From assembly GCA_963666985.2 (NCBI GenBank), contig CAXXIA010000002.1, forward strand, positions 1,056,001 to 1,120,000: a DNA stretch of 64,000 bases, given 5' to 3'. The position numbers were made by a program, and so were the translations under genes. Positions 54,894 through 64,000 of the stretch are shown here, one piece after another (position 1 is the first letter of the stretch; each line of letters starts with the position of its first letter). This stretch comes from Spirochaetia bacterium. GTDB taxonomy: Bacteria; Spirochaetota; Spirochaetia; DSM-2461. The notes beneath the pieces were generated by a model that searched no databases, had not been told where the DNA came from, and was given only the letters and a program-made list of their open reading frames with translations.

Positions 54894-56678
54894 CTAAGCA
54901 ACCTGGACGGCGCCGAATTTACACGCGTCGTAACAGGCGCCGCACTTGATGCACTTATCCGGATCAATTTTATGCGGCGATTTTCGTTCGCCGGAAATAC
55001 AATTGACCGGACACTTCCTGGCGCACACCGTACATCCGATGCACTTCTCGGGATCGATGGAATAAGTCACCAAATCCTTACAGGTTCCGGAGCTGCACTT
55101 ACGTTCTTTAATATGTTCCAAATACTCGTTCTCAAAATACTTCAGGGTGGAAAGAACGGGATTCGCGGCCGTCTGTCCGAGTCCGCAGAGCGATGCTTTT
55201 TTGGTCGCCAGACCGATGGCCTTCAGCTTGTCGATGTCCGCCATCTCGCCCTGTCCCTTGGTGATTTTCTCCAGAATCTGCAGCATGCGCTTCGTACCGA
55301 TGCGGCATGGGGCGCACTTCCCGCAGGATTCATCAACGCAGAACTCCATGTAAAACCGCGTTACATCGACGATACAGTCGTCCTCGTCCATAACGATCAT
55401 GCCGCCGGATCCCATCATCGATCCGATGGCCGTCAAATGATCGAAATCAATGGGCGTATCCAGATATTCCTTGGTAATCACGCCGCCCGAAGGGCCGCCG
55501 GTTTGCACGGCCTTGAACTCCTTGCCGCCCCGGATACCGCCGCCGATATCATAGACAATCTCCCGAAGAGTGGTTCCCATGGGCACTTCGACAAGACCGG
55601 AATTCTCAATCTTTCCGGTTAAAGCGAAAACCTTGGTTCCCGGTGATTTTTCGGTTCCGATGGATTTAAACCACGCACCGCCTTTCTCGATGATAACGGG
55701 AATGTTGGCGTAAGTTTCCACGTTGTTGATCACCGTCGGCCGGCCGAAGAGTCCTTTTATCGCGGGGAACGGCGGTTTGGGAACGGGCATACCTCTTTTG
55801 CCTTCGGTGGAGGCGAGCAGAGCCGTTTCTTCACCGCAGACGAAAGCCCCCGCGCCGAGCCTGATTTCAATATCGAAATCAAAACCGGAACCGAGGATAT
55901 CCTTGCCCAAAAGGCCGTATTCGCGGGCCTGCTTCAAGGCAATCTCAAGCCGATTGATGGCCAGAGGATATTCCGCTCTGATGTAGATAACACCATGATG
56001 GGAGCCGACGGTTTTCGCGCCGATGGCCATGGCTTCAATAACGGAATGAGGATCGCCTTCCAGCGTCGAGCGGTCCATGTAGGCACCCGGATCGCCTTCG
56101 TCGGCGTTACACACGATGTATTTATCGTCGGACTTCACATCGGCCGAGAATTTCCATTTCAGCCATGTCGGGAATCCCGCTCCGCCGCGGCCGCGCAGTC
56201 CGGAAATTTTCAATTCTTCGATAACCTGTTCGGGAGTCATTTCGAAGAAGACTTTTTCCATCGCGACATATCCCTGCCGGGCGATGTATTCATCGATGTT
56301 TTCGGGATCGATAATCCCGCAGTTCCTTAAAACAACCCGTTTCTGCTTCTGGTAAAACTTAATTTCCTTCAGATCGGTTTTATCGGCGCCTTCTTCTTTA
56401 TAAAGAAGTTTTTCAACAACGCGGCCTTTTACCAAGTGCTCTTCAACAATGGTCTCCGCGTCTTCGGGAGTTACGTTTACGTAGAACGCTTCTTCGGGAA
56501 GGACTTTAACGATGGGGCCTTTCTCGCAAAAACCGAAACAGCCGGTTTTAACGATTTGGACATCATTCCCTATCCCATGAGTTTCCGCCGCGGACCGCAG
56601 CTTGTGGTATATGGCATCGGCTTTCGAGGCTTCGCAGCCCGTGCCGCCGCATACCAGGCAGTAATTCTTAATAGCCAT
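54894..56678 (-). CDS. hndC: NADH/FMN-binding hydrogenase subunit (NuoF-like, HndC/HydB)
   Basis: GLRGRGGAGFPT, CNADEGDPGA, GAGAFVCGEETAL, ESCGKCAPCRIG, C-terminal 2x[4Fe-4S]. Confidence 0.94.
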   Translation of the reverse strand: MAIKNYCLVCGGTGCEASKADAIYHKLRSAAETHGIGNDVQIVKTGCFGFCEKGPIVKVLPEEAFYVNVTPEDAETIVEEHLVKGRVVEKLLYKEEGADKTDLKEIKFYQKQKRVVLRNCGIIDPENIDEYIARQGYVAMEKVFFEMTPEQVIEELKISGLRGRGGAGFPTWLKWKFSADVKSDDKYIVCNADEGDPGAYMDRSTLEGDPHSVIEAMAIGAKTVGSHHGVIYIRAEYPLAINRLEIALKQAREYGLLGKDILGSGFDFDIEIRLGAGAFVCGEETALLASTEGKRGMPVPKPPFPAIKGLFGRPTVINNVETYANIPVIIEKGGAWFKSIGTEKSPGTKVFALTGKIENSGLVEVPMGTTLREIVYDIGGGIRGGKEFKAVQTGGPSGGVITKEYLDTPIDFDHLTAIGSMMGSGGMIVMDEDDCIVDVTRFYMEFCVDESCGKCAPCRIGTKRMLQILEKITKGQGEMADIDKLKAIGLATKKASLCGLGQTAANPVLSTLKYFENEYLEHIKERKCSSGTCKDLVTYSIDPEKCIGCTVCARKCPVNCISGERKSPHKIDPDKCIKCGACYDACKFGAVQVA

Positions 56679-56681
56679 GCG

Positions 56682-57076
56682 CTACTCCTTGTGAATGTCC
56701 CGAGCGGGATAATCGTAAACATGTTCGTTGATGAGCTTACCGCCGAGAATGTGTATCTCAATAATCTTTTGGCGACGGTGGCATCGACTTTCCCGTACAG
56801 GGTATCCGGCATGCCCTTCATCTTCACTTCGACCGTGGGCTCCGCGTGACAGAGTCCCATACAGCCGGTCTGCTTCACGACGACATGGTCCATTTTTCGG
56901 GTGTATGCCTCTCCGAGAAAGACATTCAACGCTTCTTTGGCACCGGCGGCAATACCGCAGGTTCCCATGCCGACAATAATCTCAATACTCTTCTCGTCCC
57001 CGCTTTCACGATTCTGAATCTGATCTTTTTGTTCTTCGCGAAGCTTTCTGAGGGATTCAAGGGTCATTTTGGCCAT
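56682..57076 (-). CDS. hndB: Thioredoxin-like [2Fe-2S] hydrogenase subunit (HndB/HydD); apparent -1 frameshift in the run 56767-56770
   Basis: VGMGTCGIAAGA, TGCMGLCHAEP. Repaired end KIIEIHILGGKLINEHVYDYPARDIHKE-stop carries the hndC SD. Confidence 0.87.
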
Positions 57077-57091
57077 CGACAACCACTCCTT

Positions 57092-57658
57092 TCATTCCGT
57101 TTCTTGCTGTATCGAGTCTTCAAGGGAGCGGATATATTCCCTTAAAAGCCCGAGGGATCCCGCATCTTCCAGTCCTCCCAGGACCTCGGACACTTCGTCC
57201 CGTTCTATTGAATATTCCCGCTCAACCCCATCCGGAGAGCGAAGAACCCTCCTGACGGTCATGGAATAATCTCCCGGCAGAGTCAGGCACTGCAGCCAAA
57301 GCAAAGAAACATCTCCCACCGGCGGCAAATCCACATTGCCGGCGGGGAAAACGGCTTCCACATGCGTTCCTTTGCCGGGTGATGATGTAATCTCGGCCCG
57401 ACCTCCGCATTGTTCCGCCGTTTGTTTAAGGAAGGGGATGCCCAGTCCCACCCGTCTTCCCGGATGTTTTACTCCGTCGCTCCAGAAGGGATCCCCGCTT
57501 TTCGCCAGGGTCGCTTCATCCATGCCTTTCCCATCGTCATCAACGACAATCCTTACCTCATCCGGCCCCTCATCGAACAGAACGCTCAGCCTGTCGGCAC
57601 CCGATTCCGTTCCGTTCTGCACCAAGTCGGTCATGATATCGGTAAGGAACGCGTGCAT
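57092..57658 (-). CDS. Stand-alone HATPase_c (GHKL) ATP-binding protein
   Basis: DLVQN, DDDGKGMD, DPF, GLGIP, SPGKGT; no HisKA or sensor domain; overlaps the hndA stop. Confidence 0.87.
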   Translation of the reverse strand: MHAFLTDIMTDLVQNGTESGADRLSVLFDEGPDEVRIVVDDDGKGMDEATLAKSGDPFWSDGVKHPGRRVGLGIPFLKQTAEQCGGRAEITSSPGKGTHVEAVFPAGNVDLPPVGDVSLLWLQCLTLPGDYSMTVRRVLRSPDGVEREYSIERDEVSEVLGGLEDAGSLGLLREYIRSLEDSIQQETE

Positions 57659-58140
57659 TAATCGCTGAACTTAGCGAGAATCTCCGGCAATTTATCAACG
57701 GTAAGCTTTCCGAAAACTTCTTCACCCACCATCATTACCGGTGCCAAGCCGCAGCATCCGACACAACGAACCGCTTCCAGGGAAAACTTCCCGTCCGCGG
57801 TTGTGGCTCCAACGCCGATACCCAGAATGTTTTCCAATTCGGTAATAAGATCCGAAGAACCTTTCAGATAACAGGCGGTTCCCATGCAAACCTGCAGGTT
57901 ATGTTCTCCGGGTTTTTCCAGTTTAAAAAAGTGATAAAAGGTAACCACTCCATAAATTTTTGCCAGAGGCACATCCAAAAGACGTGCCACTTCGAACGCG
58001 ATCGGTCTTGGAACGTACCGATATTCTTCCTGAACTTTATGGAGAATCATAATGAGATTGCCCGGACGATCCTTCCATTCCTCAATAAACGCTTTGAGGT
58101 CATCCGTCAGCGTTATCTCTTCCTTAGTAGCCGCAGCCAT
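57658..58140 (-). CDS. hndA: [2Fe-2S] hydrogenase subunit (NuoE-like, HndA/HydC)
   Basis: LHKVQ, YGVVTFYHFF, VCMGTACYLKG, RCVGCCGLAP; SD GAGGAGG. Confidence 0.93.
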   Translation of the reverse strand: MAAATKEEITLTDDLKAFIEEWKDRPGNLIMILHKVQEEYRYVPRPIAFEVARLLDVPLAKIYGVVTFYHFFKLEKPGEHNLQVCMGTACYLKGSSDLITELENILGIGVGATTADGKFSLEAVRCVGCCGLAPVMMVGEEVFGKLTVDKLPEILAKFSD

Positions 58141-58303
58141 GGCTCCTCCTCGTATAATATTGCTGCTTCGTAGTATAAAAATGCTTCTTTGCAGCTCTGC
58201 TGATCATCAATTCGCCGCAAGTATAATGAGCCGCCTGCGTGTATTTCAACACTCTGGAGAATTTTATTGAATCCCGAGACGTTTTATTAAAGCAAATTAA
58301 CTA

Positions 58304-58347
58304 TTAGGTGAACCTAACTTGACATTTGTTGTTACAGTCGGCACAAT
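58304..58347 (+). promoter_or_regulatory. rex promoter with abutting palindrome
   Basis: TTAGGT-GA-ACCTAA (58304-58317); TTGACA (58319), 17 nt spacer, CACAAT (58342). Confidence 0.6.
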
Positions 58348-58358
58348 AACCGCTCATT

Positions 58359-59069
58359 ATGGTTCGAAAAGATTTCATGCTTCGTTTGATGAAATATAAG
58401 AGAATTCTCATCCAGCTTCGGTCGCTTGGCCTGGAACGAGTCTTTTCAAACAACCTCGGAGACGCCATTGGGATTTCCGCCGCGCTCGTCAGAAAAGATT
58501 TGGCGCGTATCGAACTTCACGGCAACCGAAGAGGCGGTTACAGCATCGACGCCATGCTGGAACGATTGAATCGCCTTCTCGGGGGCAAGGATGCTCAGGA
58601 AGCGATTCTCGTGGGATGCGGAAATCTTGGAAAAGCCCTGCTGAATCATGACGCTTTCCATAAAGAAGGTATAAAGCTCATCGCCGGTTTCGATCTTTAT
58701 CCGGCCCGGGAGAATATCGGCGGCATTCCAATATATTCCGTCGACAACATTGAACCGTTCGTCCGGGAACGCCTGACAAAGGTGGCGATTCTGACCGTAC
58801 CGGCGGCGGCCGCCGCCGAAGTCCGGGACCGCTTAATTCAAGCCGGTATTCGGGGCATCCTGAATTTCGCGCCGATGGAACTCAAGTGTTCGGGGGATTG
58901 CGTTATTCACAATGTGAACATCGGACTCGAAATCGAAAATCTTTTCTTCCTGGTGAATTCTCTTGAAGATAGAAAACATCGGGAAGAGTCCGCGGATGAT
59001 AACCGCTTCGATACTGAAAACGGAAATGAACGCGAGAATAGCGCCGTGCTATCCGGGGAGGAAAAATAA
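58359..59069 (+). CDS. rex: Redox-sensing repressor Rex
   Basis: RL..Y.R.L, VRKDL, G.R.GGY, VGCGNLGKAL, ILTVP, GILNFAP. Confidence 0.9.
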   Translation: MVRKDFMLRLMKYKRILIQLRSLGLERVFSNNLGDAIGISAALVRKDLARIELHGNRRGGYSIDAMLERLNRLLGGKDAQEAILVGCGNLGKALLNHDAFHKEGIKLIAGFDLYPARENIGGIPIYSVDNIEPFVRERLTKVAILTVPAAAAAEVRDRLIQAGIRGILNFAPMELKCSGDCVIHNVNIGLEIENLFFLVNSLEDRKHREESADDNRFDTENGNERENSAVLSGEEK

Positions 59070-59401
59070 TGACCGTTTCGGAACTTACCGCAAAGATTGA
59101 ATGCAAAGCGGCTTGGGACGGATGGGACGACAGGGATATTCCCGACGTCTATACGTCGGACCTCCTTTCCGACGTTATGGCGCATGCCGCCGAAGGGGCG
59201 TTATTAATCACCATACAGGCTCATAAGAACACGCTGGCCGTCGCAACGCTGAAAGACCTTTCGGCCATACTGGTCTGCTCCGACAGACCTGTTCCCGAAG
59301 ATATGATAAGCGCGGCCAAGGATGAAGGCGTCCCGATCCTTGTTACATCAATAAATCAATACGAAGCCTCCTGGCGCGTTCATGATCTGCTGACCTCTTG
59401 A
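59069..59401 (+). CDS. DRTGG-domain protein
   Basis: YTSDLLSDVMA, LLITIQAHKNTLAVA; coupled to rex. Confidence 0.85.
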   Translation: MTVSELTAKIECKAAWDGWDDRDIPDVYTSDLLSDVMAHAAEGALLITIQAHKNTLAVATLKDLSAILVCSDRPVPEDMISAAKDEGVPILVTSINQYEASWRVHDLLTS

Positions 59402-59508
59402 GTAAAACGATGTCTTTAAACCCACGCCGAACAGTGCCTGAAAAGCGGGAGTGCATGCGCCTTATGGCTGAAGCGCAAACCCGCGGCAGGCCGTAGATCG
59501 GATCCAAG

Positions 59509-60234
59509 ATGCCCCGCTTTTTCGCCGATCTTCACATCCACTCCTGCCTTTCTCCATGCGGAGATTTGTCATCTTCTCCCAAAGCCATTGCCCGAGCGGC
59601 CCGGGAAAAAGGTCTCCATATGGCGGCCCTGACGGACCACAATACCGCGCTGAACACACCGGCATTCGCCTCGGCCTGCCGCGATGAGGGGATAACGGCC
59701 TTGTTCGGGCTTGAAGTCACCACCGTTGAAGAGGTTCATGTTCTGGCGATTTTCCCGGATGCCGCAGCCGCGGTTGAAGCGGGAGAAGACGCTTACGAAC
59801 GCCTTCAGGCCCCCGGATTCGATCCGGTTTCCTATGGGGATCAGGTTTGGGTGGACGATGAGGAGAACATCGCGGGCAGTCTTGAAAAACTGCTGATCCT
59901 GGGAACGACGGATTTATCGATTGAGGATGCGGTTCATTGGACGCATAGCCGCGGAGGACTGGTTATACCCGCTCACATAGACAGAACCGCTTTCGGAGCC
60001 CTCGAACAATTGGGTTTTCTTCCCGATGCTCCTTACGACGCGGTGGAATGCACCCGCCCTCCGGAAGCCTCTTTAACCGGGAGATGGACCGTTACCGCCT
60101 CCTCGGACGCCCATTATATTAAAGACATTGGCCGAAGATGTTTGGAATTCGAAGGAACGGCACCGACATTCGAGGCACTGCAAGCGGCGTTATCTTCGGG
60201 AAAGGCGGCGGCCAGGTTCTCATTTCCGGATTGA
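59509..60234 (+). CDS. PHP-domain metallophosphoesterase
   Basis: DLHIHSCLSPC, TDHN, GLE...EEVH, PAHIDR, SSDAH. Confidence 0.9.
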   Translation: MPRFFADLHIHSCLSPCGDLSSSPKAIARAAREKGLHMAALTDHNTALNTPAFASACRDEGITALFGLEVTTVEEVHVLAIFPDAAAAVEAGEDAYERLQAPGFDPVSYGDQVWVDDEENIAGSLEKLLILGTTDLSIEDAVHWTHSRGGLVIPAHIDRTAFGALEQLGFLPDAPYDAVECTRPPEASLTGRWTVTASSDAHYIKDIGRRCLEFEGTAPTFEALQAALSSGKAAARFSFPD

Positions 60235-60521
60235 TTTTACAGACGGCCGATTCAATCCGAGGCTGAGCCGATCGGGAATCCGGCGGATTCGGAAAAAGCT
60301 CTTTTAACCGGCCGAATCGGTTTTACCGCGGATGAAAAAAGCGCTTATATTGGTCTCCGTTTCGTAAAAAAAGTAAAAAGAGCACTATTGCTCATGGAAA
60401 AACCTTACCTATAGGCGTTATATTCTCCCATGAAGTCAGAGATTGTCGCGATGATGAACACATCATCCGCGCATCTGTTTCCCCGAAAATGTGTCTCTTT
60501 TCGACACTAAGGAGTGAAAAA

Positions 60522-61112
60522 ATGAAAAAAATCGTCCGGATTGGTGTTTTCATGGCCGTCGCAGCGGTGCTCTTGCTCTCCGCCTGCGCGACTAAGGAGG
60601 GATCTTCCACAGTTACGCAGCGCCGGGATCTTCCGGATTTTTTCCTGAACCCGCCGCAGCTTGAGGATCAGTATGTCGGCCTCGGTATGGCAAAACTGAA
60701 AGACGACAACCTTTCCCGCACCACCGCTCAGGCCCGCGCCCGCGCCGACATCGCGGCCCAGGTGGCCGTAACGGTCGAATCGATGCTTACCGATTATGCT
60801 CAGGAATCCGGAGCGGACGACAACACCCAGACCCTCACCTTCGTGGAAAGAGTCTCCAAGGAAGTCGCCAATATCGAACTGAAAGGCGCCGTAACCCAGG
60901 AGCAATATCCCGCCAACGACGGAACCTGGTACGTGATGGTTTACTTCCCCAAAGCCGCCATGCTTGAAGAGGTTGATCAGGTATTCACCAGAAACGAAGA
61001 TGCCGCTTTCGCCGAGTTCAAGGCCCAGCAAGCCCTTGAACGGCTGAATGCCGAACTGGAGGACAATCCTCCCGTATCCGCCGGCGTTAATTCTCCGGTA
61101 AACCAGGACTGA
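60522..61112 (+). CDS. LPP20-like lipoprotein
   Basis: LLLSA-C lipobox; P.FF..PP...YVGLG.A...A.ARARA.IA pattern; SD AAGGAG. Confidence 0.8.
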   Translation: MKKIVRIGVFMAVAAVLLLSACATKEGSSTVTQRRDLPDFFLNPPQLEDQYVGLGMAKLKDDNLSRTTAQARARADIAAQVAVTVESMLTDYAQESGADDNTQTLTFVERVSKEVANIELKGAVTQEQYPANDGTWYVMVYFPKAAMLEEVDQVFTRNEDAAFAEFKAQQALERLNAELEDNPPVSAGVNSPVNQD

Positions 61113-61146
61113 AATCCGCGTTAAGCGAATCATCCTGAAATTGAAG

Positions 61147-61185
61147 AAAGGGCTGTCTTGATGGTTTGAGACGGCCCTTTTTTTT
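61147..61185 (+). terminator. Intrinsic terminator resembling the IS1182 end sequences
   Basis: aaagggctgtctt...gagacggccc followed by T8. Confidence 0.8.
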
Positions 61186-61333
61186 ATTCAAGGGGCTTCT
61201 TTCTCCAAATAAAACCGGATTAAGCCGTGCAGTTCCTCCATGAAGACGTTCTTACCGGCCGGTTGACCCGATATGCGCAAGATAATGACCGCGACGGGTT
61301 GGAAAGCAATCCCCGCGGGGTTATATTTTTCCC

Positions 61334-62458
61334 ATGAATATCCGCAGACCGATCGTTGCAGGAATCCTGCTCGCGGCCATAGCCGCAATGGTATCGGGCC
61401 AGACAGCCCTCGGCGTCATCAGCTATTTGGAAGGCGATGTCGGCGTTCTCCGGGACGGCGAATACCTGAACCGAAAGCTTATCGACATCGGACTTGAAAT
61501 TGCGGAATTCGACACCGTTGAAACCGGATCCGACGGCTATATCGAAATTGAAATGGACGCGCCGAGTGCCGGATCGACCGTTAAGGTCCGTCCCGATACC
61601 TCTTTCTATTTCGAAGGAACACCCCGCGAATCAGCCCGATTCCAAACGACATTCCAGCTTCTCAGGGGATCGTTGGGACTCAAGGTCGGCAGACTGGCAT
61701 CCAGCGAGGATTACCGCGTCCAAACCGATACGGCCGTAATGGCGGTCCGCGGAACCGAATTTAACGTCGATATGGCAACCGACCGCTCCGTTCTTATCTC
61801 CGTACCCGAGGGCCGGGTGGAAAGTAAGACCGAAACCGGAACCGTAACGGCGCAACCCGGAACCGTGGCGGCGCTTGATTCGTCTTCTTCAACCTTGGAA
61901 GCGGTGGCCGTCGAGGCCGAGGATATTGAGCTCTATAGGGAATATTGGAGCGAACTCCGGCTCGAAGCATTAAAAATCAACGCGGGTCTTTCCGTTCAGC
62001 AGTACGCCCGGCAATGGGAAAGACAGCTTCCCAGGCTGGAAGCGGCGATGGATGAACTTGCTTCCCATAAAAGGATTTTCGAAAAGTGGTATAAAATCGC
62101 CGCCGGAGAACTGTCTGTTCCGAGCAGGGGCGATGCCATCCGCGATAAACAAGCTCTGAGCCGAGGCATGCTGGAACTGCGCGCGTCGCTTCCCGTCGCG
62201 GAGCGAACCTTTGAAACACTGAAGGGGCTTGAAGACGCGGTAAATCAGGGATTCGTCCAGAATCGGCTTCCGGTGGGAAGTTATCAAAATGCCGCGGCTT
62301 TTTACAGAGCGTTTCAGTCCGATAAAAGAAATATGAGCCAAATGCTCAGTACGGCCCGTCGCATGGTCCGCGTTTACAGAATCATCGGCAGGGTCAGCGG
62401 TGATATCGGCGATTCCTCAAGCGATCTCGACATTATGTCCGGAACTCCCGGCCTATAG
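61334..62458 (+). CDS. Secreted FecR-domain protein with helical C-terminus
   Basis: Signal peptide; D.VETG.DG, V.T.TAVMAVRGTEF.V, V.EG.V. Confidence 0.82.
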   Translation: MNIRRPIVAGILLAAIAAMVSGQTALGVISYLEGDVGVLRDGEYLNRKLIDIGLEIAEFDTVETGSDGYIEIEMDAPSAGSTVKVRPDTSFYFEGTPRESARFQTTFQLLRGSLGLKVGRLASSEDYRVQTDTAVMAVRGTEFNVDMATDRSVLISVPEGRVESKTETGTVTAQPGTVAALDSSSSTLEAVAVEAEDIELYREYWSELRLEALKINAGLSVQQYARQWERQLPRLEAAMDELASHKRIFEKWYKIAAGELSVPSRGDAIRDKQALSRGMLELRASLPVAERTFETLKGLEDAVNQGFVQNRLPVGSYQNAAAFYRAFQSDKRNMSQMLSTARRMVRVYRIIGRVSGDIGDSSSDLDIMSGTPGL

Positions 62459-62654
62459 TTTTGGGGAAAGACGATCCCTTAAGCCAGAGCGTTTTTTCTT
62501 CTATGGCGAACCGACGCCATAAACCGCTGCCGATCTCTTGATAAAAACGATCCGCCGTATGCGGCAGAGCGATACACGGCCGAAGATTCCGCGATGGGAA
62601 TCGCTCTCCGGCCGAAAAAACCGACCAAGTGCATGACGTTAAGGCCCGAGGGAC

Positions 62655-63758
62655 CTACACGTTGAATTTAAAGTGAATGATATCACCGTCCCGAACGGTG
62701 TATTCCTTGCCTTCCATCCGAAGCTTTCCGGCCGATTTCACCGCCGCTTCACTGCCGAGAGTAAAAAGATCGTCGCAATGATACACATCGGCCTTGATGA
62801 AACCGCGTTCGAAATCGGTATGGATGAGTCCCGCGCACTGCGGCGCGGCGGCACCGTTTTTAAACGTCCAGGCGCGATTTTCAACGCCCCCGACGGTAAA
62901 GAAGGTCCGCAGGCCGAGGGTTTCATAGGCGCTTTTAATCAGACGGGAAAGGCCTGATTCGGCGATGCCCGATTCTTCCAGGAACACGGCCCTCTCTTCG
63001 GGATCGTCCAATGCGGCGATATCGGCCTCCAGCTTTCCGCTGAGTACAACGACTTGAGAGTCCTCCTCGGCGGCCAAGGCTTTCACGGCCTTCACCGGTG
63101 CGGACTCGCCCTCAAGATCATCCTCGCCGACGTTGCAGACATAAATCTGCGTTTTCGCCGTAATCAAAAACAAATCGTGAAGCCGCTCGGCATCATCGGA
63201 GGCAAGATCCATGGACCGGACGGGGCGGCCTTCGCCGAGATGGGCGGCGACGCGTTCCAGCAGCGCCTGTAAAGCCAGAGCTTCACCGCGGACCTTGGGA
63301 TCGGCGGCTTTAATCTGCCGTGAGTTTTTATCCTGACGCTTTTCCACCGACTGAAGATCGGCCAGGGCAAGTTCGATGTTGATGGTTTCAATATCGGAAA
63401 TCGGATCGACTTTGCCGTTCACATGCACAACATCGTCGTCCTCAAAACACCGGACGACATGAGCGATGATGCCGACGCTCCGGATGTTGGAAAGAAACTG
63501 ATTTCCCAGTCCCTCGCCCTTTGAGGCGCCTTTAACCAAACCGGCGATATCCACGAATTCCGTAACGGCGGGGACTTTTTTATCGGCTCGAATCATATCG
63601 TGAATACGATCCAAACGCACATCGGGCACCTCGACGATTCCGACATTGGGATTGATGGTGCAGAACGGATAATTAGCCGCTTCGGCCGGTGCCGAAGTAA
63701 GCGCCGAGAAAATGGTTGATTTGCCGACGTTCGGCAGTCCTACGATTCCACAGTTCAC
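62655..63758 (-). CDS. ychF: Redox-regulated ATPase YchF
   Basis: GIVGLPNVGKST, ANYPFCTI, DIAGLVKGAS.GEGLGNQFL, IHTDFERGFI, DGDIIHFKFNV; start GTG 63758. Confidence 0.96.
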   Translation of the reverse strand: MNCGIVGLPNVGKSTIFSALTSAPAEAANYPFCTINPNVGIVEVPDVRLDRIHDMIRADKKVPAVTEFVDIAGLVKGASKGEGLGNQFLSNIRSVGIIAHVVRCFEDDDVVHVNGKVDPISDIETINIELALADLQSVEKRQDKNSRQIKAADPKVRGEALALQALLERVAAHLGEGRPVRSMDLASDDAERLHDLFLITAKTQIYVCNVGEDDLEGESAPVKAVKALAAEEDSQVVVLSGKLEADIAALDDPEERAVFLEESGIAESGLSRLIKSAYETLGLRTFFTVGGVENRAWTFKNGAAAPQCAGLIHTDFERGFIKADVYHCDDLFTLGSEAAVKSAGKLRMEGKEYTVRDGDIIHFKFNV

Positions 63759-64000
63759 GGCCGGAATGATACCGGGAGAATCGCCGCGAGGGAAGGGCTT
63801 CAGCCGCCGGTGAGAAAAGCCTTGGGTTACGGATTCGCCAAGTTGATGATAATCGCCGCCCAACATCCGACGTCAAAAGGATACGCGAGGGGGGGGGGAC
63901 TTCCATTAACCGAGATGACTTCTGAGATAACTTCAAAGTCCTTTTAAACGGACTCAAGGGGACGGTCATCGGATAGAGGCATTTTCATGAATGATGAAAT

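Noticed and set aside
63889..63898. G10 tract as a phase-variation switch
   Set aside because: Not within an identifiable promoter spacer or gene, homopolymer lengths are unreliable in this assembly, and the context is cut by the window edge.

Overview
Core-chromosome segment of an anaerobic, probably saline-habitat spirochaete (Spirochaetia). The assignment is inferred from spirochaetal-type signal peptides and Ig-repeat surface proteins, plus the gene content. It carries: housekeeping genes (argF, alr, long-form ilvC, mrp, serS, trpS, engB, aroK, aroC, ychF); one IS1182-family element whose ends mimic the terminator it sits in; a pair of giant Ig-like-repeat envelope proteins with a divergent beta-barrel gene; the Na+-pumping oadGAB operon behind a candidate Na+ riboswitch; an anaerobic oxidative-stress cluster (rbr-dfx-ftn-rubredoxin, the last missed by the ORF track); an MggS-like glycosyltransferase; and an NADH-linked multimeric [FeFe]-hydrogenase operon facing rex-DRTGG-PHP. 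About a dozen single-base frameshifts, almost all in short homopolymer runs and including three in essential serS, are most likely sequencing errors; the affected genes are reported as reconstructed. The most notable unexplained patterns are: (i) more than ten genes with a -10 hexamer 5-9 nt before the start codon and no Shine-Dalgarno (leaderless architecture), (ii) the Ig-repeat/beta-barrel locus, (iii) the terminator-mimicking IS with an empty look-alike site 55 kb away, and (iv) decaying tandem copies of the alr 3' end. No rRNA, tRNA or CRISPR array was seen. All calls are by-eye motif recognition; no searches were run.
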